DNA of 63,677 nucleotides, counting the filler, from Octopus bimaculoides (Eukaryota), in the NCBI RefSeq assembly GCF_001194135.2. It is 8 parts of 8 records of this genome, joined end to end, with 100 filler letters (N's around TTAATTAATTAA, not from the genome) between each part and the next. Parts side by side here need not be neighbours in the genome. Positions count along the whole stretch, not along the records: positions 45,414 to 56,814 come from NC_068993.1; positions 56,915 to 60,093 come from NC_068983.1; positions 60,194 to 62,520 come from NW_026312461.1; positions 62,621 to 63,677 come from NW_026420499.1; 4 more parts are not named here. One strand, 5' to 3'. The position numbers were made by a program, and so were the translations under genes. The notes under the pieces were generated by a model, which was given only the letters and a program-made list of their open reading frames with translations, did not search any database and was not told the origin of the DNA. Numbering within the stretch: position 1 is the first letter of the stretch; the number at the start of each line of letters is the position of its first letter. This document shows, piece after piece, positions 51,961 to 63,677 of this stretch.

Positions 51961-54865
51961 TTTATTTTATTAATCGATATTATTAATCTAATTTGGTGAG
52001 GTTAGTTTACTACATTTTTTTTATTTTATTTTAATTTGGTTTAGCTTTAACTACATACCGTGATATTATATTGAATTTGTTTAGCTTTAATTTAATATAA
52101 CCTTTTCTTAATGGTAAGTTTTATTCCTATTTCATTGTAATTTCCCTTGAAATTCTTTGTATAGATGATATCGAAATTTTCTTTGACTGCTTGAACTATG
52201 GTCTTTAATCCATTTATTTATTTAATCTTATGACTAAGTTAATGTATAATTAAGATTAAGATTTAGATGGTTGCTATTTGAGTGTAACCTAATTTAGTTT
52301 TACTTTGTAATTTATAATCTCTTATTTATCTTGATTACATATCCTTTATTGGTCTCTAAAAGATTACATATTTAAAAAAAGATTAAAATCAATATAACAA
52401 TGTGATATGATCAATAACATTGACTGATTCATTTAGATTCTCTAAAAACACATATATATTTTTGCTAGATTTATCTCTCTTTGACCATGAATCTAGTATT
52501 TCTTTTTCATAATATAGTACAGTTAAAAAAAATTTTTTAAGTGAGTTGAATTTTTGTTCCTAAGTATCTATTGAATTATTTGATATAATGGTGCCATTTT
52601 TCAGCTAGTTACTTTACATCATAAAAATTACTTAATTTTTCAGTTATATTTATTTATATGTGAGTTATTTACGATTATACCGTAATATTTGTTTACTTTT
52701 TACGCTATCGATTAGATCCACTACTTCTTTTGATATTACTTTTAATATTGTATTTAAACCTCATTACTAAGTTAATTTAATTTATTTTTTCTTAAAATTT
52801 GTTAGCTGCAATCTGAAAGTAACCTAATTCATTTCACTTATTTTTATTCATTATTTATAATTTTGATAGCAGCAATATAATTGTAACCTAATTTATATAT
52901 TTTTTACTTATTATTTTTCATTTTTTACAATTTATATTCTCTAATCTATCCGGTTTACATAACCTTATAAAGTCTAATTACTGTTCTAAATCTTAAATTA
53001 ATATAATTTTTTGTTTAGATTATGTACATTTGAGTACATTATATTATATTATACATAAACATTATTTATTAAATTTACTTCTCTTTGACCATTAACTTGT
53101 AAAAATATTTTTAATATTTTTAATATATAGCAGTTTATTTTCTTCTTGCTTTGTTTTATTTACTTTCAAAAGTCCAACGGTTTTTTATGAAAATTACAGC
53201 GTCCCTTATTCGTTCGCTACTAAACATCCTAGGCTAATATCCTAAATTAACAACACTTCCCACTTACTTTGCTTTCTAACGGTTTTCATGACCGATATTC
53301 TATACAGTGTCAATATGTTTCATGTCATTTCAACCTGTTTATACACATGTAATTTTAGGACAACTATTAATGTTGTCTGTTTTTACTGTCTGCTATGAAT
53401 TAATCAAATCTGACCCTGAAGAGATACAATATTCCATATTTTATAATATGCATGAGTTAGTCAGGATATTGCATCGAAATGATCATAGGTCATATTAAAT
53501 TTTTTACAATGGATCGTCTTTTAGCACTTATTTAAATTGATATGCGCACAAAATTGTATGATTAACAACCTTACATGTGAGAATTTTGCTACGTTGATAA
53601 CAGATACAATATTGTTACCAAATTTTGGTATAGATCTATAAATACGTACATACATATATATATATAATATTGTTAAATTTCTAGCGAAATCTACATTAAA
53701 AGAAAGAGGAAGAGATGGAAAACAATGCTTGAAAGAGTAAAGAAAGGAGAATGAAACAAACAGCAGAAGATGAAGAGAAAGAAGTGGAAGAAGACGAAAA
53801 AGGGAAGATAAAAGAAAGAAAACAAGAGGGACAAATAATTCTTTGTGATGTTTTCTCTCACGATAATGATTCATGAAATTTACATTAAAAAAAGGAGCAT
53901 GGAGATAGAAAACAAAGAAAAGGAAGAAATAAAAAAAGTGTTTCTAGAAAAGAAAGAGTTAAGTCTATGATAAAAAATATCAAAGACATTAATTGTATCA
54001 AGTGAACTCTCACATTCTCTTGCACACACACATAACAGTGGTAAAATTGTGATTAACCTGAGAAAAGGCAAGCATTTAATTTTGAAAATATAATTAGGAA
54101 AGGTAATAGAGACTAATTGTAAGTTTAATATCTAAACGCTAGAAACTAAAAGGAGAGTGAGAGAGAGAAAGAGAGAGAGAAAGAGAAAGGGAAAAAGAGA
54201 GACAGAGAGAAATAGAGAGAGAGATTGAATAGATTAATAAAAAACATTTGAAGAAACAAAGGTATTAACAGTTTAAATGTATAGAACTCGGATAAGCATA
54301 CATGGAAATCTAATAACAAAAAGAATGATGATAATAATTAAAAAAATCATAATTCGACCATAATTATAAGCAATTAGCATAATTACTGTATAAAATTCAT
54401 TAAGGTATCTAGGCTATTTATAATAATTTATTGGTGCTTATTTATGAGGAAACCGGTGTTAGAGACGATGTCAAAAGATGTCAATGCCCGGTATAATCAA
54501 AAAGTGAAAGTGTGCAACTTTAGAATGACGAGGCGACTCAAAGTTTCTGGTTTTTGGTATTTTGTTAAATAAAGTCACATTATATGTGGTAAATATATAT
54601 GCATTTAATTTGTAATTACATAAATTAAATAATCAGCTGAAGAAATACTTTTGAAAAAAAGACAAGGAATAAATCTATACTTTCTCTTCTTGTCTTATGT
54701 ACCTGTATAATCGTGTGCACACATAAAGACCCTGCCATCGCGCATATCCTCATTTATAGTTAAGGAGACTTCGGTAACGTGTCTTTCCACCAGAGAATTG
54801 AAATCACAATCCAATTTTTGAGCATAAACGGAACACACTAAACTACGTGCATTGACGGGATAAAC

Positions 54866-55056
<191 letters not shown>

Positions 55057-55202
55057 AAACTGCGCTGAAGAATTCACGTGATCACATGACCGACCAGGCT
55101 ATCAGATGTTGTTACACATCCCTGGTTACAATGCGCTTTTGCATTGTTTTAGTTTATTAACTTTGATGGTCAGGTCTGTATATATTGGAAAGTCCCAAAG
55201 AA

Positions 55203-55600
55203 TCATTGCATTTTCCTCCTCAATTTTAGGGCAATGCTCGTACCGTTTGTCAGCAGCTTGGATCTTATAATGCCGCAGTGTAGATAATAGCCAACTTTTT
55301 CATGTCTTGAGTTGTTCTCTACAGGTGCTAAAACCTTATACCTAGCGATTAGGTATTCCACTGTTTCAACCCCGACGTTGCAGTATCGGTACTTTGGGTC
55401 TACTCCATGTTTCATCACGTTGGCTTGATAGTTCCGGTCAATAAGCTCTGATCTTGAACAGCCAAGATAAAACCTTCGCTCTCTGCCTTTAGCCCTGAAC
55501 TCTATAGCCACTAATGGGCATACTTCTGGTCTACATCAGCTTGTTTGCTACGGGCTTCATATTTGCTATTCCGAGGTTTTTGCTCCCACCTATCAGCCAA
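55203..55600 (-). mobile_element. Older R4/Dong-like non-LTR fragment
   Basis: RNYQANVMKHG-DPKYRYCNVGVETVEYLI...RHEKVGYYLH is homologous to the zinc-knuckle/RHD region of the neighbouring copy. Confidence 0.7.
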
Positions 55601-55766
55601 TAATTCAAACACACTTTGCTTTGCCATTAATTTCACCTTTGCAACTACGATTACCACACTTTTATCTGCTGTGCAACCCTGGTATTATGCATGGACGCAC
55701 TATTAAATTTTTTACTCTCTTTCATAACAGAATGAAGCTTCTTACATCTCTCGTGGTCTTCAACGA

Positions 55767-55769
<3 letters not shown>

Positions 55770-55802
<33 letters not shown>

Positions 55803-56814
55803 TTATGTTTGACTTTTGCTTTGCATTTGTACAAGTTGGATCCAAGTCTCACCCACAGACCTCAAGAGACAACAAGTTAGAAGTTCATGTAGGTGTTATG
55901 CTTAGGGTACCATATATTTGGATTTGTACATAGTGTTGTTCTAGAGAATGATTAAGAAACCATAAGAAAATTATGTGTTTGTTTTAAAATTTGAGATCAC
56001 ATAGACAGTGTTTTACTTAGGATATAGGCAGTTTCCATGAGCACTATCTTTTGAACTTCAGCCATTTTGGGGTTTCCTGGTATCTGAGCTAGGTAGTAAT
56101 CAGCCCGTTTCGCTGTCATTCCCAGGGCACCTATGNNNNNNNNNNAGGGGTGCGATGTGATCATTTTCAAGTACTGGGGGTGGTTTGTGTTCCCACCAGT
56201 TTTTATCATGGGGCAAGTCCAGGTTTTTGCAAATTACCCAGTGAATATATTGTGCGGCTTTATCATGCCTGTTGAGATACTCTGTAGGCGCAAGCAAACT
56301 GCACATAGAGACAACATGATCGATGGTCTCATTTTGTTGTTGGTATATACGACATAATGGGGAGCTGCCGTTCTTTAATATGTTGGCCTGGTAGTTACTT
56401 ATAGGTAGGCATTGATCTTGGGCTGCTATGATAAACCCCTCTGTTACTGATTTCAAGCCAGAGGCCATTAGCCATTGATGGGTAAGGGCTTTGTCAATAT
56501 CTGCATTATTCGCTCTCTTTGGGTATTTGCCATTGAGAGGTTTTCCATGCCATTTTTCAGTCATAATATCTAAGGCAGCAATTTTAGCACGTGTTTTCAA
56601 GCGCTTAGCTTTTTCTGCAGGTGTTTCTAGTTCGTCTAATTCTTGAATTTGTTGCAATTGGAATTCACTTAGATATTCCTTTGCCTGTTTTGTTACTGAG
56701 TAAGATGCTTTCTTGCTTTCATGTTTTGAGACAAGTTTCAGCATCCAGTCCTCAGAGTTTTTCAGATAGGCGTCTAGGCCAATTGTGGCTACCTTCATTG
56801 TTAATGCCAGCTGT
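55770..56814 (-). mobile_element. R4/Dong-like non-LTR retrotransposon 3' end (restriction-like endonuclease type) with (TAA)n tail
   Basis: EGFIIAAQDQ, CRI----ETIDHVVSMC (CCHC-like knuckle), RHD, GALG and VQKIVLMETAYIL, then a 3'UTR and the (TTA)n run at 55770-55801 on the + strand. Confidence 0.85.
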
Positions 56815-58508
56815 NNNNNNNNNNNNNNNNNNNNNNNNNNNNNNNNNNNNNNNNNNNNTTAATTAATTAANNNNNNNNNNNNNNNNNNNNNNNNNNNNNN
56901 NNNNNNNNNNNNNNATTAGGAGCGGGAAGTCGGCCTCGTTGAAAACCTTAGCCATATTCGTTTTAAAGAATATGGCTAGGAACGAGGAAGATATGTTTGA
57001 ATTTTTGGAAATAAGGCTCTAAATAGAGCTATTTCCGATTTGAAAAATATATGTTCACGAAGTATTTTGTGTTATACACAACTTATACAAAATTTTAAAA
57101 CAAAATAGGTCTTTTAAGAGGTGAAAAATGCAACTTACATGGGAGCCGATGTGTCTACCGTCCGTCCATGATGATAGATAGATAGATAGATAGATAGACT
57201 TACTAATACACTTAATTAATAATGCGGTAGCAGATTATTTGAAAGGTATGTAAATGTATACGTATTTTGATAAACATATACTTTTTTTTATTTTTTGCCT
57301 CACTGAGTAAAGTAAACAAAGTGGTTACACCATAGATTTTTATCTCTTCAGTTTTGTTTACATTGACAGCGAGGCTAAAAAAATGTGTTTATCAAAATAG
57401 ATATACCTTACATTGCATATAATAAAGAGGTAGATAAATACAGAGATGGATAAATATTGATATATATATATTTATTAAAAACTGGGCGAACTGTTAAATA
57501 AAATATGAAGTAAAATAATGAATGATTAAAGAAGGTATGAGTGCTAATGAAAAATAATAAGAGTGAGTGAATGAGTGGGTGCGTGAATGAGTGATCAAGC
57601 GAATGAGCAAATGAGTTAGAGAGAGAACGAGAGAGACTGGGTGTATTAATGGGTTAGGGAGTGGGCAAGTTAGAGAGTGTGTGTGTGTGTGTGTGTGTGA
57701 ATGAGTGAGTGAATGATCAAGTTAGTGCGTTACAAAACGTGTGCGTGTTTGTGTGTCAGTGAGTGAGTTAGAGAGTGAGTGAGCGAGCGAAGGTGTGAGT
57801 GAATTAGTGAGTGAGTGACTTAGAGAAAGAGAGTGTGAATCTAAGTTAACAAAGAGAGAGAAGCGAGTGAATGTTTATAAAGAAACGAAGAGAGGCAACA
57901 AGAAAAAAACAGACGAGGAGGAGGAGAGGAGGAGACGTGATAGACAGAGATAGAATAATAGTAAGAGAAGAATAATTGGGTAAAATTTAAACAAATTTGA
58001 AGCAGTATATGAAAAGTAGAAGAAAAACGAGAAGAGAGTTGACGAAAGACAGAGAAGGGAATGCAAGTTAGATAGGGTGACAGACAGACAGTGAGAGAGA
58101 GAGAGAGAATGTGTGTTTAAGACGGATAGGCAAGACATTTAAAATTGTAAACAAACTATGACGTCATGTGAGGCTGACACCCCCATCTCTCTCTTTTCTT
58201 TCTTACTCTCTCGCTCTCATAAACATATACACTCGTACATACACGTTCAGGAATACACTTTCACATATAGCGACAGGTATACAATCATGTAGACTTACTT
58301 CAGTACACATGTGCAAGTACTTAAACTATATATTCCTTTTGTATAGAGATATATCGGTGCCGGTGTATTTAGACAAACATAGAAAAAGAGCGCTTAAAAT
58401 ATATTGCAGAATTAATAATAATAGTGAGAAAGGAGGAAACTTGAGATTCGCTTCGATTTGAAACTTCCTCTCTCTCTCTCTCTCTGTCACTCATTCACTC
58501 ACTCTCGT

Positions 58509-58542
<34 letters not shown>

Positions 58543-59932
58543 NNNNNNNNNNNNNNNNNNNNNNNNNNNNNNNNNNNNNNNNNNNNNNNNNNNNNNNNNN
58601 NNNNNNNNNNNNNNNNNNNNNNNNNNNNNNNNNNNNNNNNNNNNNNNNNNNNNNNNNNNNNNNNNNNNNNNNNNNNNNNNNNNNNNNNNNNNNNNNNNNN
58701 NNNNNNNNNNNNNNNNNNNNNNNNNNNNNNNNNNNNNNNNNNNNNNNNNNNNNNNNNNNNNNNNNNNNNNNNNNNNNNNNNNNNNNNNNNNNNNNNNNNN
58801 NNNNNNNNNNNNNNNNNNNNNNNNNNNNNNNNNNNNNNNNNNNNNNNNNNNNNNNNNNNNNNNNNNNNNNNNNNNNNNNNNNNNNNNNNNNNNNNNNNNN
58901 NNNNNNNNNNNNNNNNNNNNNNNNNNNNNNNNNNNNNNNNNNNNNNNNNNNNNNNNNNNNNNNNNNNNNNNNNNNNNNNNNNNNNNNNNNNNNNNNNNNN
59001 NNNNNNNNNNNNNNNNNNNNNNNNNNNNNNNNNNNNNNNNNNNNNNNNNNNNNNNNNNNNNNNNNNNNNNNNNNNNNNNNNNNNNNNNNNNNNNNNNNNN
59101 NNNNNNNNNNNNNNNNNNNNNNNNNNNNNNNNNNNNNNNNNNNNNNNNNNNNNNNNNNNNNNNNNNNNNNNNNNNNNNNNNNNNTATTAGTTTAACGCAC
59201 GGGAAGTGAAAAAGTATTTAACATTTCGAGCCTACGCTCTTTCACAGAAAGGAATACAGAAAGAAACAAGAAGAGAAAATAAAGAATGTGTAGTGACTAG
59301 TGATCTATCATGGCGAATATATATATATATATATATAACAGAACGCTGCAAATTTTTTTTATATTATTTATCCCCCATTACATATGTTTCATTACTAATA
59401 GGGGTTACGTAGGTATGCATGTAGAAAAATATGCAATATTATTATAGCTCTTCAGACCAAAAATTAATATTACATTGGATTAAGCTACAATGGATAGTAA
59501 AAACTTTTGAGCACTGGAACATGCAGATGTGCTTCATGAAGGACACAGCATGAATTATAAGCCTGTCTACATAATATGGTGTGTGTGTGCGTATTAGGTA
59601 TGTAGCATAACGGTTCTGATGATGGGCTAACAATCATTAAGGTCATGGGTTCGATTCCTGCATCTGGTGATGAGTTGTGACCTTGACAAAGGTACATTAC
59701 TTCACATTATTTGCACAGCAGAAAATGTGAAGCAGCCGATTCTCTTCCCCCAGCTGTCGTATACTCGATTTTCCACTGTGTAAAGTGTAGGAGGGCCAAG
59801 AAAGTGTCTATATCTCCTTGAAGTTACATAAGCACATGACACCAGGTTATACTAGCTTACAAGTGACAGTGAAGCTTAGAAGAGAATGAAACGAACGATG
59901 ACCAAATGCAGTGATTTTTTTGTTAGCACTCC

Positions 59933-60093
59933 ATTGCTTACGATGTCAAGGGTTCCAGTTGTTCCGATCAACGGAACAGCCTGCTCGTGAAATTAACGTG
60001 CAAGTGGTTGAGCACTCCACAGACATGTGTACCCTTAATGTAGTTCTCAGGGGATATTCAGCGTGACTCAGAGTGTGACAAGGCTGGCCCTTT
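59933..60093 (-). mobile_element. SINE family B, 3' half
   Basis: Inverted match to 23281-23447. Confidence 0.8.
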
Positions 60094-63000
60094 NNNNNNN
60101 NNNNNNNNNNNNNNNNNNNNNNNNNNNNNNNNNNNNNTTAATTAATTAANNNNNNNNNNNNNNNNNNNNNNNNNNNNNNNNNNNNNNNNNNNNAATGCTT
60201 ACACTATCCACCGTTATCATACGGCCAACGAAGCATGGTACATGTCAATACCATATCGGTCTGTCACCCACAATAAAGCACGAAATATTACAAATTATTC
60301 TCACACAAACAGTATTCTTTAGCCATAGCTGAATAGCGGAATGGACTTCAAAGTTTGCGCACAAAACGTACGAAAAATCATGCATGCAAATCTCATGAAT
60401 AACAGAAAAAAGACAGCGGCACACGTCACACAAAATGATAGTCTTAATAGGCTCCTCAAGCCTTGGAATGCAAAAGTAAAACCGTCCATAAATTGATACC
60501 GGATATATATGTTTCTATTCTGTATGCATAGTTTATAGGCATGGAGTAAAATACAATTTAGCCGCAGGAAATTTGGAGAGAAAATCGCTCTCAGAACCGG
60601 ATCCCAACAAACTAGCATGTCTGTCGCTATGCTTGTATCAATTAATTCGCTTCTAGTGCTCATTAGATCTTTGTTCACTCTATTTTCTTCTACCAGTAAC
60701 ACGTTGCTCAATGCATTCGATTCTCATTTAATCGGCCTCCTAAAGACATCCGACTACCGGCAACTGGTGGTTACTCCTGCCAGTTGCTGCTTAACGAATT
60801 TATTAATCTTGTTCCTGTAAAATTAATCTTGCTCCTTGTCGAGACACTTGTAGCCTGCAGTAACTGTGTCCCCGTTTGAACCTGGTTTAAGTCGACCGAG
60901 TAGATCAATAATTTGTGTTTTGTAGACTTCTTTTAAAAAAAGATCCTACACTCTCCTTGTCCTCTGGCCTAGCACATTACTCTTTCTGAGACGATCTGGA
61001 TAGGCCACACTTGTTGTCCTATATTCACACTGGTGCAGTTGAAAACTTCTAAGCAGGGTTGTGACGTTTTTGTAACCTCTTCATTGTAATTCATTGTAAC
61101 TGCGTTACTATTGCGTCTAAATGCAGTTCCAAATTCCGCTGGTAAATATCGTAACGTCCCTAAAAAAGTTGCCAGACATCAGGAGAAATCGAGACGTCCT
61201 TTTTTTCTGTTGCAGCATATACAGCCACTCGGCACCCTCGCTGTGCGGTGGTTGTGCTTTCAGATCGTTGTGCAGCATCCAGGGAGCACTGATTTACCGT
61301 CAGGATTCAAAAGGATTGCTTATACTATGAAATTTAAGGATTTCCTGTAAACACTGCAACCCTATCGCCCAAACATAGCATTTTACGAGATAAGTATATA
61401 TTAGCCATCAACAATGAACGTGAGTGCGAGCGGTCCAGAGGTCCTGGTCCCGCTAGTAGCTACTGCATCTATGTAGAGTGATTTGCTTCCAAGCTGATTC
61501 CTGGTCACGTACATTCATACACCCAACTGAAAGCGATGTTTGTTTGAGACAAAAAAGAGAAGAGGTAAGTCTGAAGCTTGTGGTTTTGATTTCCAGACCG
61601 GTTGATACTTTGTGAATTAATCACGACTCTTCCATATATATTGTTCCAGTCTACTCTGTTGAAAATGAGTATCAGCTTTGAGTTGATCGTCCCTCTCTCT
61701 CTCTCCCCTTCAATTGTCATATCCTTGGCACCCAACTGAATCGTGAATGGGAAGACCGAGAGGGTGTTGATGTCTACATGTGACTACATAGGCACCAAAA
61801 ACAATTAGCAAAAACATAGTTCAAGCTACTTTGGTCATACTGAGTTGCTATTGACGGTTATATTTTATATGGATATATTTTAATATAAAGGAAGAAAGTA
61901 ACATTTCATTTTACCTTTGGGCCTGGACAACTTGTCATTTCTGAATTATTGCACATCATCCCTGAACATGTTTGACACTGCAAATTCTTTTGAAATAACG
62001 TCTTTCCTACAGAATATAAAATAATATAGTGATGGAATCAATGCATGTTAGATAAATAAATGAAATTAGCAATTATAACTATACATATGTTTTTTTTTTA
62101 GTTTCTATGGGAAATGTTTCAGCATTGTCACAAATTCAACTAAGAAAATTATGCAACCTAATTGCTGTGTTGCTTCAATATATCACATTCACAAAGACCT
62201 GCAATTAGCAAAAAGAGAGAAGTTACTCCAAGTTATGATTACGCTGTTGTAGAGTTAGCTTCCGTTAAAACTTGGGAATACTTTTTTAAATTATGTCCCA
62301 GGCAGCTCCTTTATAGTGTCCTCTTAGAAGAAATCGCCATAACACTTTCCAAACGCAACCAACTGAGACTTCGTTTTTGTTCTAATCTTAGGTCCCCAGA
62401 GATATCCTCCTAGGTCCTCAGAGATCTTCTCCTAGGTCCCCGGCACGACGAATCCGTCATTCTTGCACTATTTTAATCTTACATCCGTAGTACCGGAGCT
62501 GTGACTTCTCAATGATCTCCNNNNNNNNNNNNNNNNNNNNNNNNNNNNNNNNNNNNNNNNNNNNTTAATTAATTAANNNNNNNNNNNNNNNNNNNNNNNN
62601 NNNNNNNNNNNNNNNNNNNNACACACACACACACACACACACATGCAAACGCATACGCGCGCGCATAGGTATAGATAGAAAGAGAGAGAGAGAGAGATAC
62701 ATACATATATACATACATGCATTTATGCATTTCCTTATCTTTTATCATTTTTGTTTCCGTTATGCGGCCATGCTGTGGCACCACATTGAACGGTTTAGTG
62801 GAGCCTACGTACATTTTTGTATACGCACACGGATGCATACATACATGCATACATACATACATACATACACATATTTATACACTTTCATTTAGTGTTTGGG
62901 TATCTTTGGCGTTCTTCTTCAGTTGCCATTTTAATGTGAAATTATCCTAATACTCTCAGTTAAATCAAACCCCTTGTTTCATTTGTTTTGTTACTTCTCA

Positions 63001-63549
63001 CAAGCCACAAATAAAAGGATACTTAAATTATATGAACAGAAATTGTTACAATGTTTGTCCTTATGGAGAATTATCATTAATATGTGAGTATATAACTTTC
63101 CATTATGTTGCTTATAATGTATACTCTTGGTTCGATGGATCAATACGACCATTTTGTAAATAGTCACATGCTATTATTGAGATGTGTGAATTATTAAAAG
63201 CTAGTTAAAGGGATTTTATGACATTGAAGGAGATTTTCTCGTACTATTAGTTGTCTTATTAATGACGTCGTAAAATGATAGAATATGAGTATTATTGTCA
63301 ATACATTTATGACAGCACGGTATCTAGATGTGTGTAATTTTTTACATTTATTGATGGACACAAAAGTATTGAAGGAATTAATAACATCACTGATGTTACA
63401 TAACAGTTGCAGAAGTTATATTGGCATAACATGTTTGTGTTCGACACACCAGTCTCATTATAATTCTTCATGATTTCAGTAAACAACGTACACAGTATTA
63501 TCTTCAATTTATGCTGAGAGATATTCACATGTAGCCACTATTACACTAG

Positions 63550-63677
63550 TCTGTTCTAGGCATACATTTGGTCCTCAGTGCAAAAAGTCTTGTCGTTGTT
63601 CCCAGCTATGTAACCACATCAATGGATCGTGTCCAGGTGACTGTGAACCAGGGTATTCCGGATTCAACTGCCAAGAA
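63550..63677 (+). CDS. MEGF10/SCARF-type laminin-EGF repeat exon, runs off the window; may belong to a pseudogene
   Basis: ACACTAG|TC TGT...: CSRHTFGPQCKKSCRCSQLCNHINGSCPGDCEPGYSGFNCQE, with typical cysteine spacing, an FG--C motif and a phase-1 start. Confidence 0.8.

Noticed and set aside
51960-53200. Extremely AT-rich tract considered as a possible mitochondrial insertion
   Set aside because: No mitochondrial gene, rRNA or tRNA signature recognisable by eye; a BLAST against the mitogenome would settle it.

Overview
AT-rich, repeat-dense eukaryotic genomic DNA, mostly intron and intergenic. The SINE/LINE families and the N44-TTAATTAATTAA-N44 contig-join markers suggest an Octopus assembly (inferred from recalled repeat families, not from a database search). 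Almost all ORF-track entries are microsatellite or low-complexity artefacts. Three genic signals are present. (1) Two clear + strand exons of SGSM3 (RUTBC3, RUN/TBC/SH3 protein) at 34911-35092 and 41050-41116, the second ending in a GC donor. (2) An unrecognised - strand spliced gene whose last two coding exons (6922-7021, 4964-5022) join in frame and end in ...YKSSLCVLG*; it may be head-to-head with SGSM3 around a candidate promoter near 19.5 kb. (3) A MEGF/laminin-type EGF exon at the right edge, preceded by what looks like a decayed lectin-like domain. The rest is at least four tRNA-derived SINE families, RTE and R4/Dong-like non-LTR fragments, mariner/Tc1 relics, a TTAA-targeting piggyBac-type MITE, several fold-back inverted repeats and microsatellites. 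No CRISPR array, rRNA or intact tRNA gene was found.
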